Assembly (NCBI GenBank): GCA_947478395.1
Contig: CANJVR010000002.1
Coordinates: forward strand, 576,001-640,000
Source: Opitutia bacterium
GTDB lineage: Bacteria; Verrucomicrobiota; Verrucomicrobiia; Opitutales; Opitutaceae
Length of the DNA: 64,000 nt
Direction of reading: 5' to 3'
The notes beneath the pieces were generated by a model. That model worked only from the letters and a program-made list of their open reading frames with translations. It did not search any database and had not been told where the DNA came from. Position numbers and translations under genes: made by a program. This document shows positions 40,035 to 48,814 of the stretch, one piece after another (within the stretch, counting starts at the first letter, position 1; every line of letters begins with the position of its first letter).

Positions 40035-41648
40035 GTGAACTCGAAACCCGAACGCGACATCGGAGTACTGAAAATATTAATCGTGGGCACCCCGAAAACG
40101 GGGAATACTTGGCTGAAGTATTTATGTGCGGCGATCTATGACCTTCCGATGGTTCGCCTCGGGACCGTATTTTCGGTCGCGGAAGCAGAGTTAGCTGGTC
40201 CGCGTTGGGTCGCGCACCAGCATCTGCTTCCAACCCAGGAATTGATCGATTGGGGTCTACACAACCACGTGGTCTTTCTGAGCGCCGTTCGCCATCCGGG
40301 AGACGTGCTGGTTTCACTGTGGCACCACATTCGCAACAAAAAGCGAAAGGTCGCGACCGTTGATTTCACCGAGGCCTCGTCGATGGGATTAGACGAGGAA
40401 AATATCGCGGGCGAACATACCAGACAATTTCTTGAAGAAGGGTTTCATCTTTATCTGAACCTTTCCGTGGCTTGGCTGCGGTGCCCTCTCGCCAGGATGG
40501 TGCGATACGAATCGCTGTGGGATCGCCCGCTCGAGACATTACGCTCGCTGACCGACGCAATCCTTCCGGTCACGGATGAGCGTATTCATATGGCCATTTG
40601 TTCCTGCGAGCTGGCGCTCATGCAATCCTTGCTCGATCCTGAGAAGAAATTTTTGCGTCAGGGCGGAGTCGGCGCATGGCGATTGGCACTCCCGGACGAC
40701 TTGAAGCAAACGCTGACAAAGCTTGAGCCTTATCCGCAACAATTCCGGGCTCTTGGGTACACGATGGACGAAGACGATCAGGCCAACGCACTTCGGCCCA
40801 CGGCGGTTTCGGCACCCAGTCCCTTCGGCGCGAATAGAACGTTCAACAACGGGGTTCCGATCGTTCCGCTCCTGATGAAAGCCTACTTTGACGCGCCCCA
40901 ATCGTTGCGCTCACGCTGGCCGGACCCCCTTTCGACCGCGGATGATTCGTTTTACGCGTGGCTCAATCGTCCCGCCGCCGCCGTGTCGCAAGGTTCCAGC
41001 GCCGGGCCGGTAATCACAGAGTTGGCTTACTATATTCGTTCGGTGCGGCCTGACGTGCGCGAGGCGTTTCCGGATATTTCCACCACTGAACGCGGCCGGT
41101 TTAACGAATGGTTCTTGTTCGATGCGCGGAAAGAATACGGTCTTCCCCGCGCTTTTCTCAGCTCAAATCCGTTCTCGGACGAGAATCGATTCTCCGATGG
41201 CACGCCCGTAGCCCGCGTTGTATTGAGAGCATGGCTCGATCTTCCCGACGCGTTACGCCGAAACTGGCGCGATCCAGCTGAGGCCGGCGCAGGCTCGTTT
41301 TTGTCCTGGCTCAATTCACCCGCCAAGGCCGATCCAATCGCCGGAAAGATCGCCCCGATCGTTTCCGAACTTGGAGCCTACCTTTATAGCATCCGACCCG
41401 ACGTGGCGGCGGCGATGCCCGATATTTACGGCCAACACCGGGTCAGCTTCGCGCATTGGTTTCTTTACAGCGCACGGAAAGAATACGCCCTCGACCGTGC
41501 GTTCACGCTGCCGGTCATCCGCGCATGGGCGGAGTTGGCCGGTCAAATACCGACCTATTCTTTCGAACCAGCGCCGTCGGCCCGTGACTTTGAATCACAC
41601 GGTTCTCGCACCGCTACCCGCGCGGGCGGGGGGGGGGGGGGGGCTTGA
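40035..41648 (+). CDS. PAPS-dependent sulfotransferase with two C-terminal ~113-aa repeats
   Basis: 5'-PSB GTPKTGNTWL, RHPGDVLVS, VRYESL, FLRQGGVGAW. Repeats at 40818-41156 and 41166-41504. Start uncertain. Confidence 0.85.
   Translation: MNSKPERDIGVLKILIVGTPKTGNTWLKYLCAAIYDLPMVRLGTVFSVAEAELAGPRWVAHQHLLPTQELIDWGLHNHVVFLSAVRHPGDVLVSLWHHIRNKKRKVATVDFTEASSMGLDEENIAGEHTRQFLEEGFHLYLNLSVAWLRCPLARMVRYESLWDRPLETLRSLTDAILPVTDERIHMAICSCELALMQSLLDPEKKFLRQGGVGAWRLALPDDLKQTLTKLEPYPQQFRALGYTMDEDDQANALRPTAVSAPSPFGANRTFNNGVPIVPLLMKAYFDAPQSLRSRWPDPLSTADDSFYAWLNRPAAAVSQGSSAGPVITELAYYIRSVRPDVREAFPDISTTERGRFNEWFLFDARKEYGLPRAFLSSNPFSDENRFSDGTPVARVVLRAWLDLPDALRRNWRDPAEAGAGSFLSWLNSPAKADPIAGKIAPIVSELGAYLYSIRPDVAAAMPDIYGQHRVSFAHWFLYSARKEYALDRAFTLPVIRAWAELAGQIPTYSFEPAPSARDFESHGSRTATRAGGGGGGA
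41628..41643 (+). repeat. G16 homopolymer at the 3' end of the sulfotransferase gene
   Basis: Sixteen consecutive G just before GCT TGA. Confidence 0.9.
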
Positions 41649-41819
41649 ACTTCGCGCCGGTTAACTAAAACCGCCGCGTTTTTTTCGCTTCATTGCCGTG
41701 GTTAGAACAAGTTTCCTGCGGGCGCGTTCGCGGGATTGAAGCCGGAAGAAACCTTTCTTTGGCCTCCTGACCTAGTGCCCGCGGTGACGGCGGGCTCGCA
41801 ACGGAGAGTACCGAACTTC

Positions 41820-41959
41820 GAGAGTGGTTTAAATTTTCCCCTGGCCGTTTTGCGTAGCGGCAGGCGTCGCTGCCTGCCGGGTTCGTCCCCTCCTTTTGGC
41901 CGGCAGGAACGCCTGCCGCTACTTGGTTAGCGCCTACACTTTTGGTGATACTGCTCCTA
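41820..41959. mobile_element. MITE copy E
   Basis: GAGAGTGGTTTAAATTTTCC..GTAGCGGCAGGCGTCGCTGCCTGCCGGG..AACGCCTGCCGCTAC..CTGCTCCTA. Confidence 0.7.
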
Positions 41960-42132
41960 GCTTTTCGTTGGAAAGGCTAAGGCGTCGGTTTTCAAAAATC
42001 CGCTTTGTGGCTGGCAACCGGCGTTAAAATCACCTGCCAGCGGTCGCCTCCGCTTGAGCGGACGCACCGGCGATTGAGACCTCCCGCCCTGCTTGACCCC
42101 GCCATCCGCGTCTCTAAAAAATTCTCCATCTC

Positions 42133-43632
42133 ATGAAGCATTCCACGCACGTCGAAAACCCCGACGTCATCCTCATCGGCAGCGGTGTCATGTCGGCCAA
42201 TCTCGGCACGCTGCTCAAACGGCTTGAGCCCAAGCTCACCATCCAGGTTTACGAGGGGACCGAGGATCTCGCCCAGGAAAGCTCGCACGGCTGGAACAAC
42301 GCGGGGACCGGCCACGCGGGGATTTGCGAGTTGAGCTACACCCCCCATCAAAATCCTGACGGCACCGTGGATGTTGAGAACGCGATCAAGATCTTCGAGC
42401 AGTTCGAGCGTTCCCGTCAGTTTTGGGCCTACGCCGTGGCCAGCGGGATGATCACGCGTCCCAAAGACTTCATCAATCCCGTGGCGCACGTCAGCTTCGT
42501 ACACGGCCAAAAGTGGGTCGACTATCTCCGCGCGCGCCACACCGCGATGGCGGCGCATCATTTTTTCCGCGACATGGAATTCTCCACCGATCGCGCGACG
42601 ATTGCCGGCTGGTCTCCGCTGCTGACCGAAGGCCGGGGCGAAGTGCCGATCGCTGCGACCAAGATGGATTCCGGGACCGATGTGAACTTCGGCGAGATTT
42701 CCCGCAAACTGCTCGGCTGGCTCGGCCAGCAGCCCGGCTGCGGCATCGCGTCGAGTCACCGCGTGGTCGATCTCGATCGAACCAGCGGCGGCTGGGACGT
42801 CACGATCCGCGATCTTTCGACCGGCGCGACCCGTCGCAATCGCGCCAAATTCGTGTTCGTTGGCGCGGGCGGCGGCAGCCTTAAACTCCTTCAGAAATCA
42901 GGCATTCCGGAAAGCAAGGGTATCGGCGGCTTCCCCATCGGAGGGCAATGGCTCGTGTGCGACGACCCGGCCATCGTGAACCGCCATCAGGCGAAGGTTT
43001 ACGGCCAGCCCCTCGACGCGGCGCCGACCATGGCCGTGCCGCATCTCGACACGCGGATTCTCGACGGGAAAAAAACGCTGCTGTTCGGGCCGTTTGCCGC
43101 GTGGACCACGAAATTCCTCCATCGCAAAGGCAGTGTTTGGGATCTCCCCGGCTCCATCAAACCGCACAATCTCGCCACGTTGCTCAAGATCGGCGCAACC
43201 AACATTCCCCTCGTCCGCTACCTCGTACAACAAGGCACCCAGAGCATGGATGATCGCATGGAGGTCCTGCATGTTTTCTATCCCGCGGCCAAAAAATCCG
43301 ACTGGAAACTAATCGACGCCGGCATTCGCGTGCAGGCGATCAAGAAGACCGACGGCGAGGCCGGCATCGTGCACTACGGCACCGAAGTGATCACCAACTC
43401 GGATCGCTCGATCTCCGCGCTGCTCGGGGCATCGCCGGGCGCGTCGGTGTCGGTGCACATTGTCCTCGAAGTTTTGAAGCTTTGTTTCCCGCAAATCCTC
43501 GAGAGCGCCGCAGGCAAGGCGCGCATGAAGGAAATGATTCCGACGTACGACACCGACATCAAACTCCCGGAGAACGCCGCGCGCTTCAGCGAACTGAGCC
43601 ACGAAGCCAGTGTGAATCTCCAGCTGGCATGA
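42133..43632 (+). CDS. mqo: Malate:quinone oxidoreductase
   Basis: LIGSGVMSA, ESSHGWNNAGTGHAGICELSYT, PTMAVPHLDTR, LLGASPGAS. Confidence 0.96.
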   Translation: MKHSTHVENPDVILIGSGVMSANLGTLLKRLEPKLTIQVYEGTEDLAQESSHGWNNAGTGHAGICELSYTPHQNPDGTVDVENAIKIFEQFERSRQFWAYAVASGMITRPKDFINPVAHVSFVHGQKWVDYLRARHTAMAAHHFFRDMEFSTDRATIAGWSPLLTEGRGEVPIAATKMDSGTDVNFGEISRKLLGWLGQQPGCGIASSHRVVDLDRTSGGWDVTIRDLSTGATRRNRAKFVFVGAGGGSLKLLQKSGIPESKGIGGFPIGGQWLVCDDPAIVNRHQAKVYGQPLDAAPTMAVPHLDTRILDGKKTLLFGPFAAWTTKFLHRKGSVWDLPGSIKPHNLATLLKIGATNIPLVRYLVQQGTQSMDDRMEVLHVFYPAAKKSDWKLIDAGIRVQAIKKTDGEAGIVHYGTEVITNSDRSISALLGASPGASVSVHIVLEVLKLCFPQILESAAGKARMKEMIPTYDTDIKLPENAARFSELSHEASVNLQLA

Positions 43633-43846
43633 ATGAACCGGAAAAGGACTGCAGCGTGACGCACCGAGGAAAGGGAGCGCAGCGACGGCGATAGGAAGGG
43701 GCTGAAAGCCTTCTCGCGTCCGCCTCCTCACGGCGCCTTTTTTAAGAATGAAAAATCCGATTTACGGCCTCCTTTCTCCATGCCCGCTGGGTCGGCCTAC
43801 CGTGATCTCGGTGTAACCCGTCCGGCTTCCCCTTCCCCATCCTCCC

Positions 43847-45286
43847 ATGGCCACCCCTAAAACCATCTACGCCGCGGCGATCGATCTCGGCGCCACCAGC
43901 GGCCGCGTCATTCTCGGCATCTGGGCAAAAAACAAACTCTCGCTCAACGAGGTACATCGCTTCCCGAACACGTTCCGCTCCCTCGGCCCGAACGACTACT
44001 GGGACATCGGTACGCTCTGGCACGAGGTGCAGACCGGTTTGCGCAAAGCCGCCGCCACTCTGCCTCGTGGCGCGAGCCTCGCTTCGGTCGGCGTCGACAC
44101 GTGGGGCGTCGACTATGCCCTCGTCAACGACGCGGGCCGGCTGGTGTTTCCCGTTCACGCCTACCGCGACGCCCGTACGCAGCCCGGTCTGAAACATCTC
44201 GGCCATACGCGGGCGGCGCTCGATCGCGTCTACGCCGCGACCGGCATGCCGAACTCCTTTTATAACTCTTCGCTCCAACTCGCCGAGGCCGTCGCCACCT
44301 GCCCCGCGATCGAGGACCTCGCCACGCGTTGCCTGTTTCTACCCGACTATTTCAACTTCCTCCTTTCCGGCCGGATGGCGAACGAGCTGTCGATCGCCAG
44401 CACCTCGCAACTGATCGATGTCCACGCCCCCGATTGGTCGCGCACCACCCTCGATTATTTTCGCGTCCCACCCCAGTGGTTTTCAAAACCCGTAATCGCG
44501 GGGACCAAGCTGGGGCGGGTTAAAAAAATTCCCGGCCTCGAATCCGCGCAGGTCATCGCTGTGCCGGGCCACGATACCGCGTGCGCCTATGCGGCGATGC
44601 CCGCGGCTGAGGACGGCTCGGATCTTTTTCTCAGCTCCGGCACCTGGTCACTGGTCGGTTTTGAGAGCGACACTCCGGTGCTCGGCGCTGAAGCCCTCGC
44701 CGCGCGCATTTCCAACCAACGGCTCGGCGACGGTCGGTATTGTCCGATCACAAACGTCATCGGCCTCTGGCTGCTCGAGGGCACGATGAAGGATTTCGCC
44801 TCGCGCCCGTCCAACGACCGCGAGTGGGCCGCTCTCATCACGGCGGCCGAAAAACTGCCCGCACCCGCGACGCTGCTCGACGTTACTGATCCCACGTTTG
44901 CAAATCCTGTTTCAATGAAGGCGGCAATCGATGCGCAGTTGAAACGCCGTAAACTTGCGGCACCCAAAAATCTCGCCGCTTACACCCGGCTCATCTGCGA
45001 CTCGCTGGGCCGCGGTCATGCGGACGCCAAGGCGGTCTTTGAGCGCCTGACCAGACGGAAATTCAACCGCGTCCTCATGGTCGGCGGCGGCTCGAAAAAC
45101 CGGCTGCTGTGCCAGGCCACCGCGAACGCGACGGGCCTGCCCGTCGTGTCGTTCAACCTCGAGGGCACCGCCGTGGGCAATCTCGCCAGCCAGCTCATCG
45201 CCCTCGGCGCCGTGAAAGACCTCCGGACCTTTCGCCGGCTTTTGGGCGCGACCCTAAAACGGAAAATCTACGAACCAGTAAAGTGA
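43847..45286 (+). CDS. rhaB: Rhamnulokinase (FGGY family)
   Basis: AIDLGATSGRV, GVDTWGVDY, YRDART, GHDTACA, LSSGTWSL, VGGGSKN. Confidence 0.9.
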   Translation: MATPKTIYAAAIDLGATSGRVILGIWAKNKLSLNEVHRFPNTFRSLGPNDYWDIGTLWHEVQTGLRKAAATLPRGASLASVGVDTWGVDYALVNDAGRLVFPVHAYRDARTQPGLKHLGHTRAALDRVYAATGMPNSFYNSSLQLAEAVATCPAIEDLATRCLFLPDYFNFLLSGRMANELSIASTSQLIDVHAPDWSRTTLDYFRVPPQWFSKPVIAGTKLGRVKKIPGLESAQVIAVPGHDTACAYAAMPAAEDGSDLFLSSGTWSLVGFESDTPVLGAEALAARISNQRLGDGRYCPITNVIGLWLLEGTMKDFASRPSNDREWAALITAAEKLPAPATLLDVTDPTFANPVSMKAAIDAQLKRRKLAAPKNLAAYTRLICDSLGRGHADAKAVFERLTRRKFNRVLMVGGGSKNRLLCQATANATGLPVVSFNLEGTAVGNLASQLIALGAVKDLRTFRRLLGATLKRKIYEPVK

Positions 45287-45610
45287 TCCAGGTAACTTTG
45301 CGGCGCTGCTCACACCGGTGATTACCGGACTCAGCGGAAGCGGGGTTCGCGGTACTCCGTCCTAATTTTGGGGAGCCGTATTCCCGAGATTTCTTTGGCG
45401 GTAAATAAACCGAATGGCGCAGTTTTACCGCCGACGCGGATAAGATCACACGCCGGCCCCGGCCAGCGTGAGGATGAATAAATCCCACCAAGGTTGGCGT
45501 CGGTCGGAAACGACCTCGGGCCGATCACCCGCGGCTGCGGCTCGCCTCACCGAGCAAGCGATACCGAACCGGCGCGTGAGCGATAACGCGGCCTTCCTTT
45601 TCAGCGCGAG

Positions 45611-47635
45611 CTACCAAATGTTCACGCGCTCAGTCGCGGGCCGGCGCATGGGAGCGCCCTCCGGGACGGCAAACGCCTTGGCGAATTCATCGAGGTTCGA
45701 GAGCGGGCCGTTGGCGCGAAATTCCGACGGAGAATGGGGATCGGTGTTCACCAGCAGACGCTGCCGTTCGGGGCGCATATTGTTGCGCCAGACCGTGGCC
45801 CAACTCAGGAAAAAGCGCTGCTCCGGAGTGAAACCGTCAATCGGCACGCGAGGTTTGTCCGCGAGCGCTTTCTCCAGCGCATAATATGCGATCTTCGCCC
45901 CGCCGAGATCCGCGATATTTTCGCCCTGCGTGAGCTCGCCGTTGACGTGCAGCCCGGGCAACGGTTCGTACGCGGCAAACTGCTGCACGACCGCGGAGGT
46001 GCGGGCCTTGAATTTATTCGTACTTTCTTCGCTCCACCAATTATTGAGATTCCCTTTCGCGTCGTAGAGGCTGCCCTTGTCGTCGAAGCCGTGGGTCATC
46101 TCGTGCCCGATCACGGCTCCGATGCCGCCGTAGTTTACGGCGTCGTCCGCTTTGAAATCGAAGAACGGCGGTTGCAAAATGCCCGCCGGAAAAACGATCT
46201 CGTTATTGGTGGGACGATAGTAGGCGTTGACGGTTGGCGGCGTCATACCCCATTCGGTGCGATCGACGGCCTGGCCGATCCGGGCGAGCCGGCGCGAGAC
46301 ATCGAAGGCATCGGTGCGCATGACGTTGCCGAAATAATCGTCGCGGGATATTTTCATCCCGCTGTAGTCGATCCATTTTTCGGGATAACCGATTTTTACC
46401 CCGAACGCGGCCAGCTTCTCCCGCGCTTTGACCTTGGTCGGCGCATCCATCCAGTCGAGCGCAGTGAGGCGTTCGCCGAGCGAAGCCCGCAGATCCTCGA
46501 TCAGCTTGGCCATACGTTTCTTCGCTTCGGGTGGAAAATACTCGGCGACGTAGAGCTGGCCGAGCCCTTCGCCAAGCCCGCCGCCTCCGCGACCGCCATC
46601 GATCGCGGCGAGGACGCGTTTCCAGCGTGGCCGCATTTCCGACACGCCGTTGAGCACCGTGCTATTAAAGGCAAAACTCTCGCGCACAAAAGCCTCGCTC
46701 AAATGGGGCGCGGCGTAGCGCACGAGGTGCCAGCGCAAATAAGCCTGCCAGTCGGCGACCGGGGTCGTGATTAGAACGGTTTCGAACGCCTTGATAAATT
46801 CCGGATGAGCCAGGTTTACTTCGTCAAACGGCGGAGCGCCGCGCTCGGTCAGAAAAAGCTGAAAGTCGATTCCGGGCGTGCGCGCGGCCGCGTCGCTCAG
46901 CTTCATTTTGTGATAGCTGCGATACGGATCGCGCAGTTGAACCGCCGAGAGCGCGGCAAACGCGAGTTTGGTTTCCAGCGCCATCGTCGCCTGCGCGGAA
47001 TTGCTCGCGGCATCGCGCGGTTCCCCGAGCAACACGAACAAATTGACGATATGCGCGAGGTACTGCTGACGAATTTTCAGGGACTTTTCGTCGTCGTTAA
47101 AATAGTAGCCCCGTTCCGGCAGTCCAAGTCCGCCCTGGCCAAGCCTCGCGATTTCACGATCGCTCTGCTTCTGGTCGGAAACACTGCCGAACGAAAACCC
47201 GCAGGAAACTCCGAACGATTGAAGATGCGCAATGGCCTTCAGGACGTCGGTGGGCGACTGCAACGCGGCGATTCGATCGAGTTCCAGTTGAAGCGGGCGC
47301 ATCCCGGCGGCGTTGATCGCGGCCTCGTCGATTCCGCTCGCGTAGAAATCGCCGACCATTTTCTCCACCGGCGTTGCACCCGCGGTTTTGGCCGCGACGC
47401 GCTCGCAGATCGCCCGGAGATTCATTTGGTTGCGCTCCGCCAGTTCGCTGAAACTCCCCCAGCTCGCCTGGTCGCCGGGAATGGGATTATTCTTCAGCCA
47501 GTTCCCGTTGGCGTACCGATAGAAATCATCCTGCGGTTTGGTCTCCGGCGCGAAATTCTTGAGCTCAATTTCGGCCTTCGCCGCGAGCGCGAGAACGAAT
47601 AAAATGGCGAACCCGGTCGTGGTCCTTCGATTCAT
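45611..47635 (-). CDS. M13 family (PepO/neprilysin) zinc endopeptidase, exported
   Basis: Signal peptide, DDFYRYANG, VNAYY, GHEMTHGFD, GENIAD, DPHSP. Confidence 0.95.
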   Translation of the reverse strand: MNRRTTTGFAILFVLALAAKAEIELKNFAPETKPQDDFYRYANGNWLKNNPIPGDQASWGSFSELAERNQMNLRAICERVAAKTAGATPVEKMVGDFYASGIDEAAINAAGMRPLQLELDRIAALQSPTDVLKAIAHLQSFGVSCGFSFGSVSDQKQSDREIARLGQGGLGLPERGYYFNDDEKSLKIRQQYLAHIVNLFVLLGEPRDAASNSAQATMALETKLAFAALSAVQLRDPYRSYHKMKLSDAAARTPGIDFQLFLTERGAPPFDEVNLAHPEFIKAFETVLITTPVADWQAYLRWHLVRYAAPHLSEAFVRESFAFNSTVLNGVSEMRPRWKRVLAAIDGGRGGGGLGEGLGQLYVAEYFPPEAKKRMAKLIEDLRASLGERLTALDWMDAPTKVKAREKLAAFGVKIGYPEKWIDYSGMKISRDDYFGNVMRTDAFDVSRRLARIGQAVDRTEWGMTPPTVNAYYRPTNNEIVFPAGILQPPFFDFKADDAVNYGGIGAVIGHEMTHGFDDKGSLYDAKGNLNNWWSEESTNKFKARTSAVVQQFAAYEPLPGLHVNGELTQGENIADLGGAKIAYYALEKALADKPRVPIDGFTPEQRFFLSWATVWRNNMRPERQRLLVNTDPHSPSEFRANGPLSNLDEFAKAFAVPEGAPMRRPATERVNIW

Positions 47636-47752
47636 GATGGGACGATTCCCGATCGCCCACCCCAAGCAAGCGCGCTTTTTTTAGCGATCGTGGGTGCAGC
47701 GCCGCCGCCCGGTTTCAGGGATCCTGCACCGCTGCATTCAACTGCGATTTGA

Positions 47753-48688
47753 TCAGTTCCGTCCGGACAGTTTAGCCCGGATCTGCCCATAGATTTTTTC
47801 AAGTTCGGGCATCGGCACGCCGAGCTGCTTGGCGCGCAACAACGGCTCACCCCAGATGGCTTCAAGCTCAACCGCCCGGCCCGCGAGAAAATCGACGAGG
47901 CTGGACGGCTGGTAGGCGCCCATCGGGGGCGTAACGTCGAGCTGCGACTGGATGAATTGTTCTGGGACCGAAAAACCAAAGGCGCGGGCCGCCATTGCGA
48001 CCTCGTCCATCAGAGTGCGAGCGCGTTGCCGCAGGATGGGATCCGCCATGATCCGGTCGGTCGTAATGCCCCCGGCCGCGATCGCGAGGCCGTTGAACGG
48101 CACATTCCAGATCAATTTCCGCCAGCGGGCCTCGGCTAGATTCTCGACGGCGAGGCAGTTGACGCCTGCCGCCTTAAACCATGCGGCGATGGCCCGGCTG
48201 CGATCCGACGCGGGCCGGCCGAATTCGCCGAGAGTGATCGACCCCGGCGTGTGAAAGCCGCGGAGTTCGCCGGGGGCGACCCGATTCACCGCGATGAAAC
48301 AAAGACCGCCGAGTACGCGCTCTGCGCCCACAAGCGCGGCAAGAAATTCCTCGTTGCCAAGGCCGTTCTGCAACGTAACGACCACCGTCTGCGGGCCCAG
48401 CAAGGGCGGCAGCATCCGCGCGAGTTCGGCATTGGCCGTGGTCTTCAGCGTGATGATGACGATATCCACGGGACCGATCTCCCCGGTCGTAGCGAACGCG
48501 GCGACATCCGCGAGGTGACGCGTGCCGTCCTTTTCGTGCAACGTCAGCCCACGCTCGCGCACCGCACTGAGTTCACCGCGCAGGAGAAAACGCACGTCGT
48601 TGCCCGCGAGCGCCAGCCGCGCTCCGTAGTAGCTGCCGAGCGCACCGGCACCAACGATTGCGAATGATGGAGATGAATTCCGGACCAC
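47753..48688 (-). CDS. panE: 2-dehydropantoate 2-reductase (ApbA/PanE family)
   Basis: IVGAGALGSYYG, LQNGLG, RWRKLIWN, VELEAI. Start uncertain (GTG 48688). Confidence 0.85.
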   Translation of the reverse strand: MVRNSSPSFAIVGAGALGSYYGARLALAGNDVRFLLRGELSAVRERGLTLHEKDGTRHLADVAAFATTGEIGPVDIVIITLKTTANAELARMLPPLLGPQTVVVTLQNGLGNEEFLAALVGAERVLGGLCFIAVNRVAPGELRGFHTPGSITLGEFGRPASDRSRAIAAWFKAAGVNCLAVENLAEARWRKLIWNVPFNGLAIAAGGITTDRIMADPILRQRARTLMDEVAMAARAFGFSVPEQFIQSQLDVTPPMGAYQPSSLVDFLAGRAVELEAIWGEPLLRAKQLGVPMPELEKIYGQIRAKLSGRN

Positions 48689-48752
48689 AGGACACAAGGG
48701 ACACAGGGGGCTTCGGCGAGACAACCCCGTCTTTTTCCCCGTCGGCGCGATA

Positions 48753-48778
48753 CCGTAGGTCAGCGCACTGACCTACGG
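48753..48778. repeat. Perfect 11-bp hairpin (GTAG-REP-like) downstream of the rhaD-SDR gene
   Basis: CCGTAGGTCAG-CGCA-CTGACCTACGG. The related sequence GCGAGCTGACCTAG occurs near 18096-18109. Confidence 0.6.
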
Positions 48779-48814
48779 GCGAAGGTTACGCGGAACGGCG
48801 CGTGGCCCCTCTCG

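Noticed and set aside
41628..41643. ON/OFF phase variation by the G16 tract
   Set aside because: The tract ends within the last sense codon, and all three frames stop within about 10 codons.
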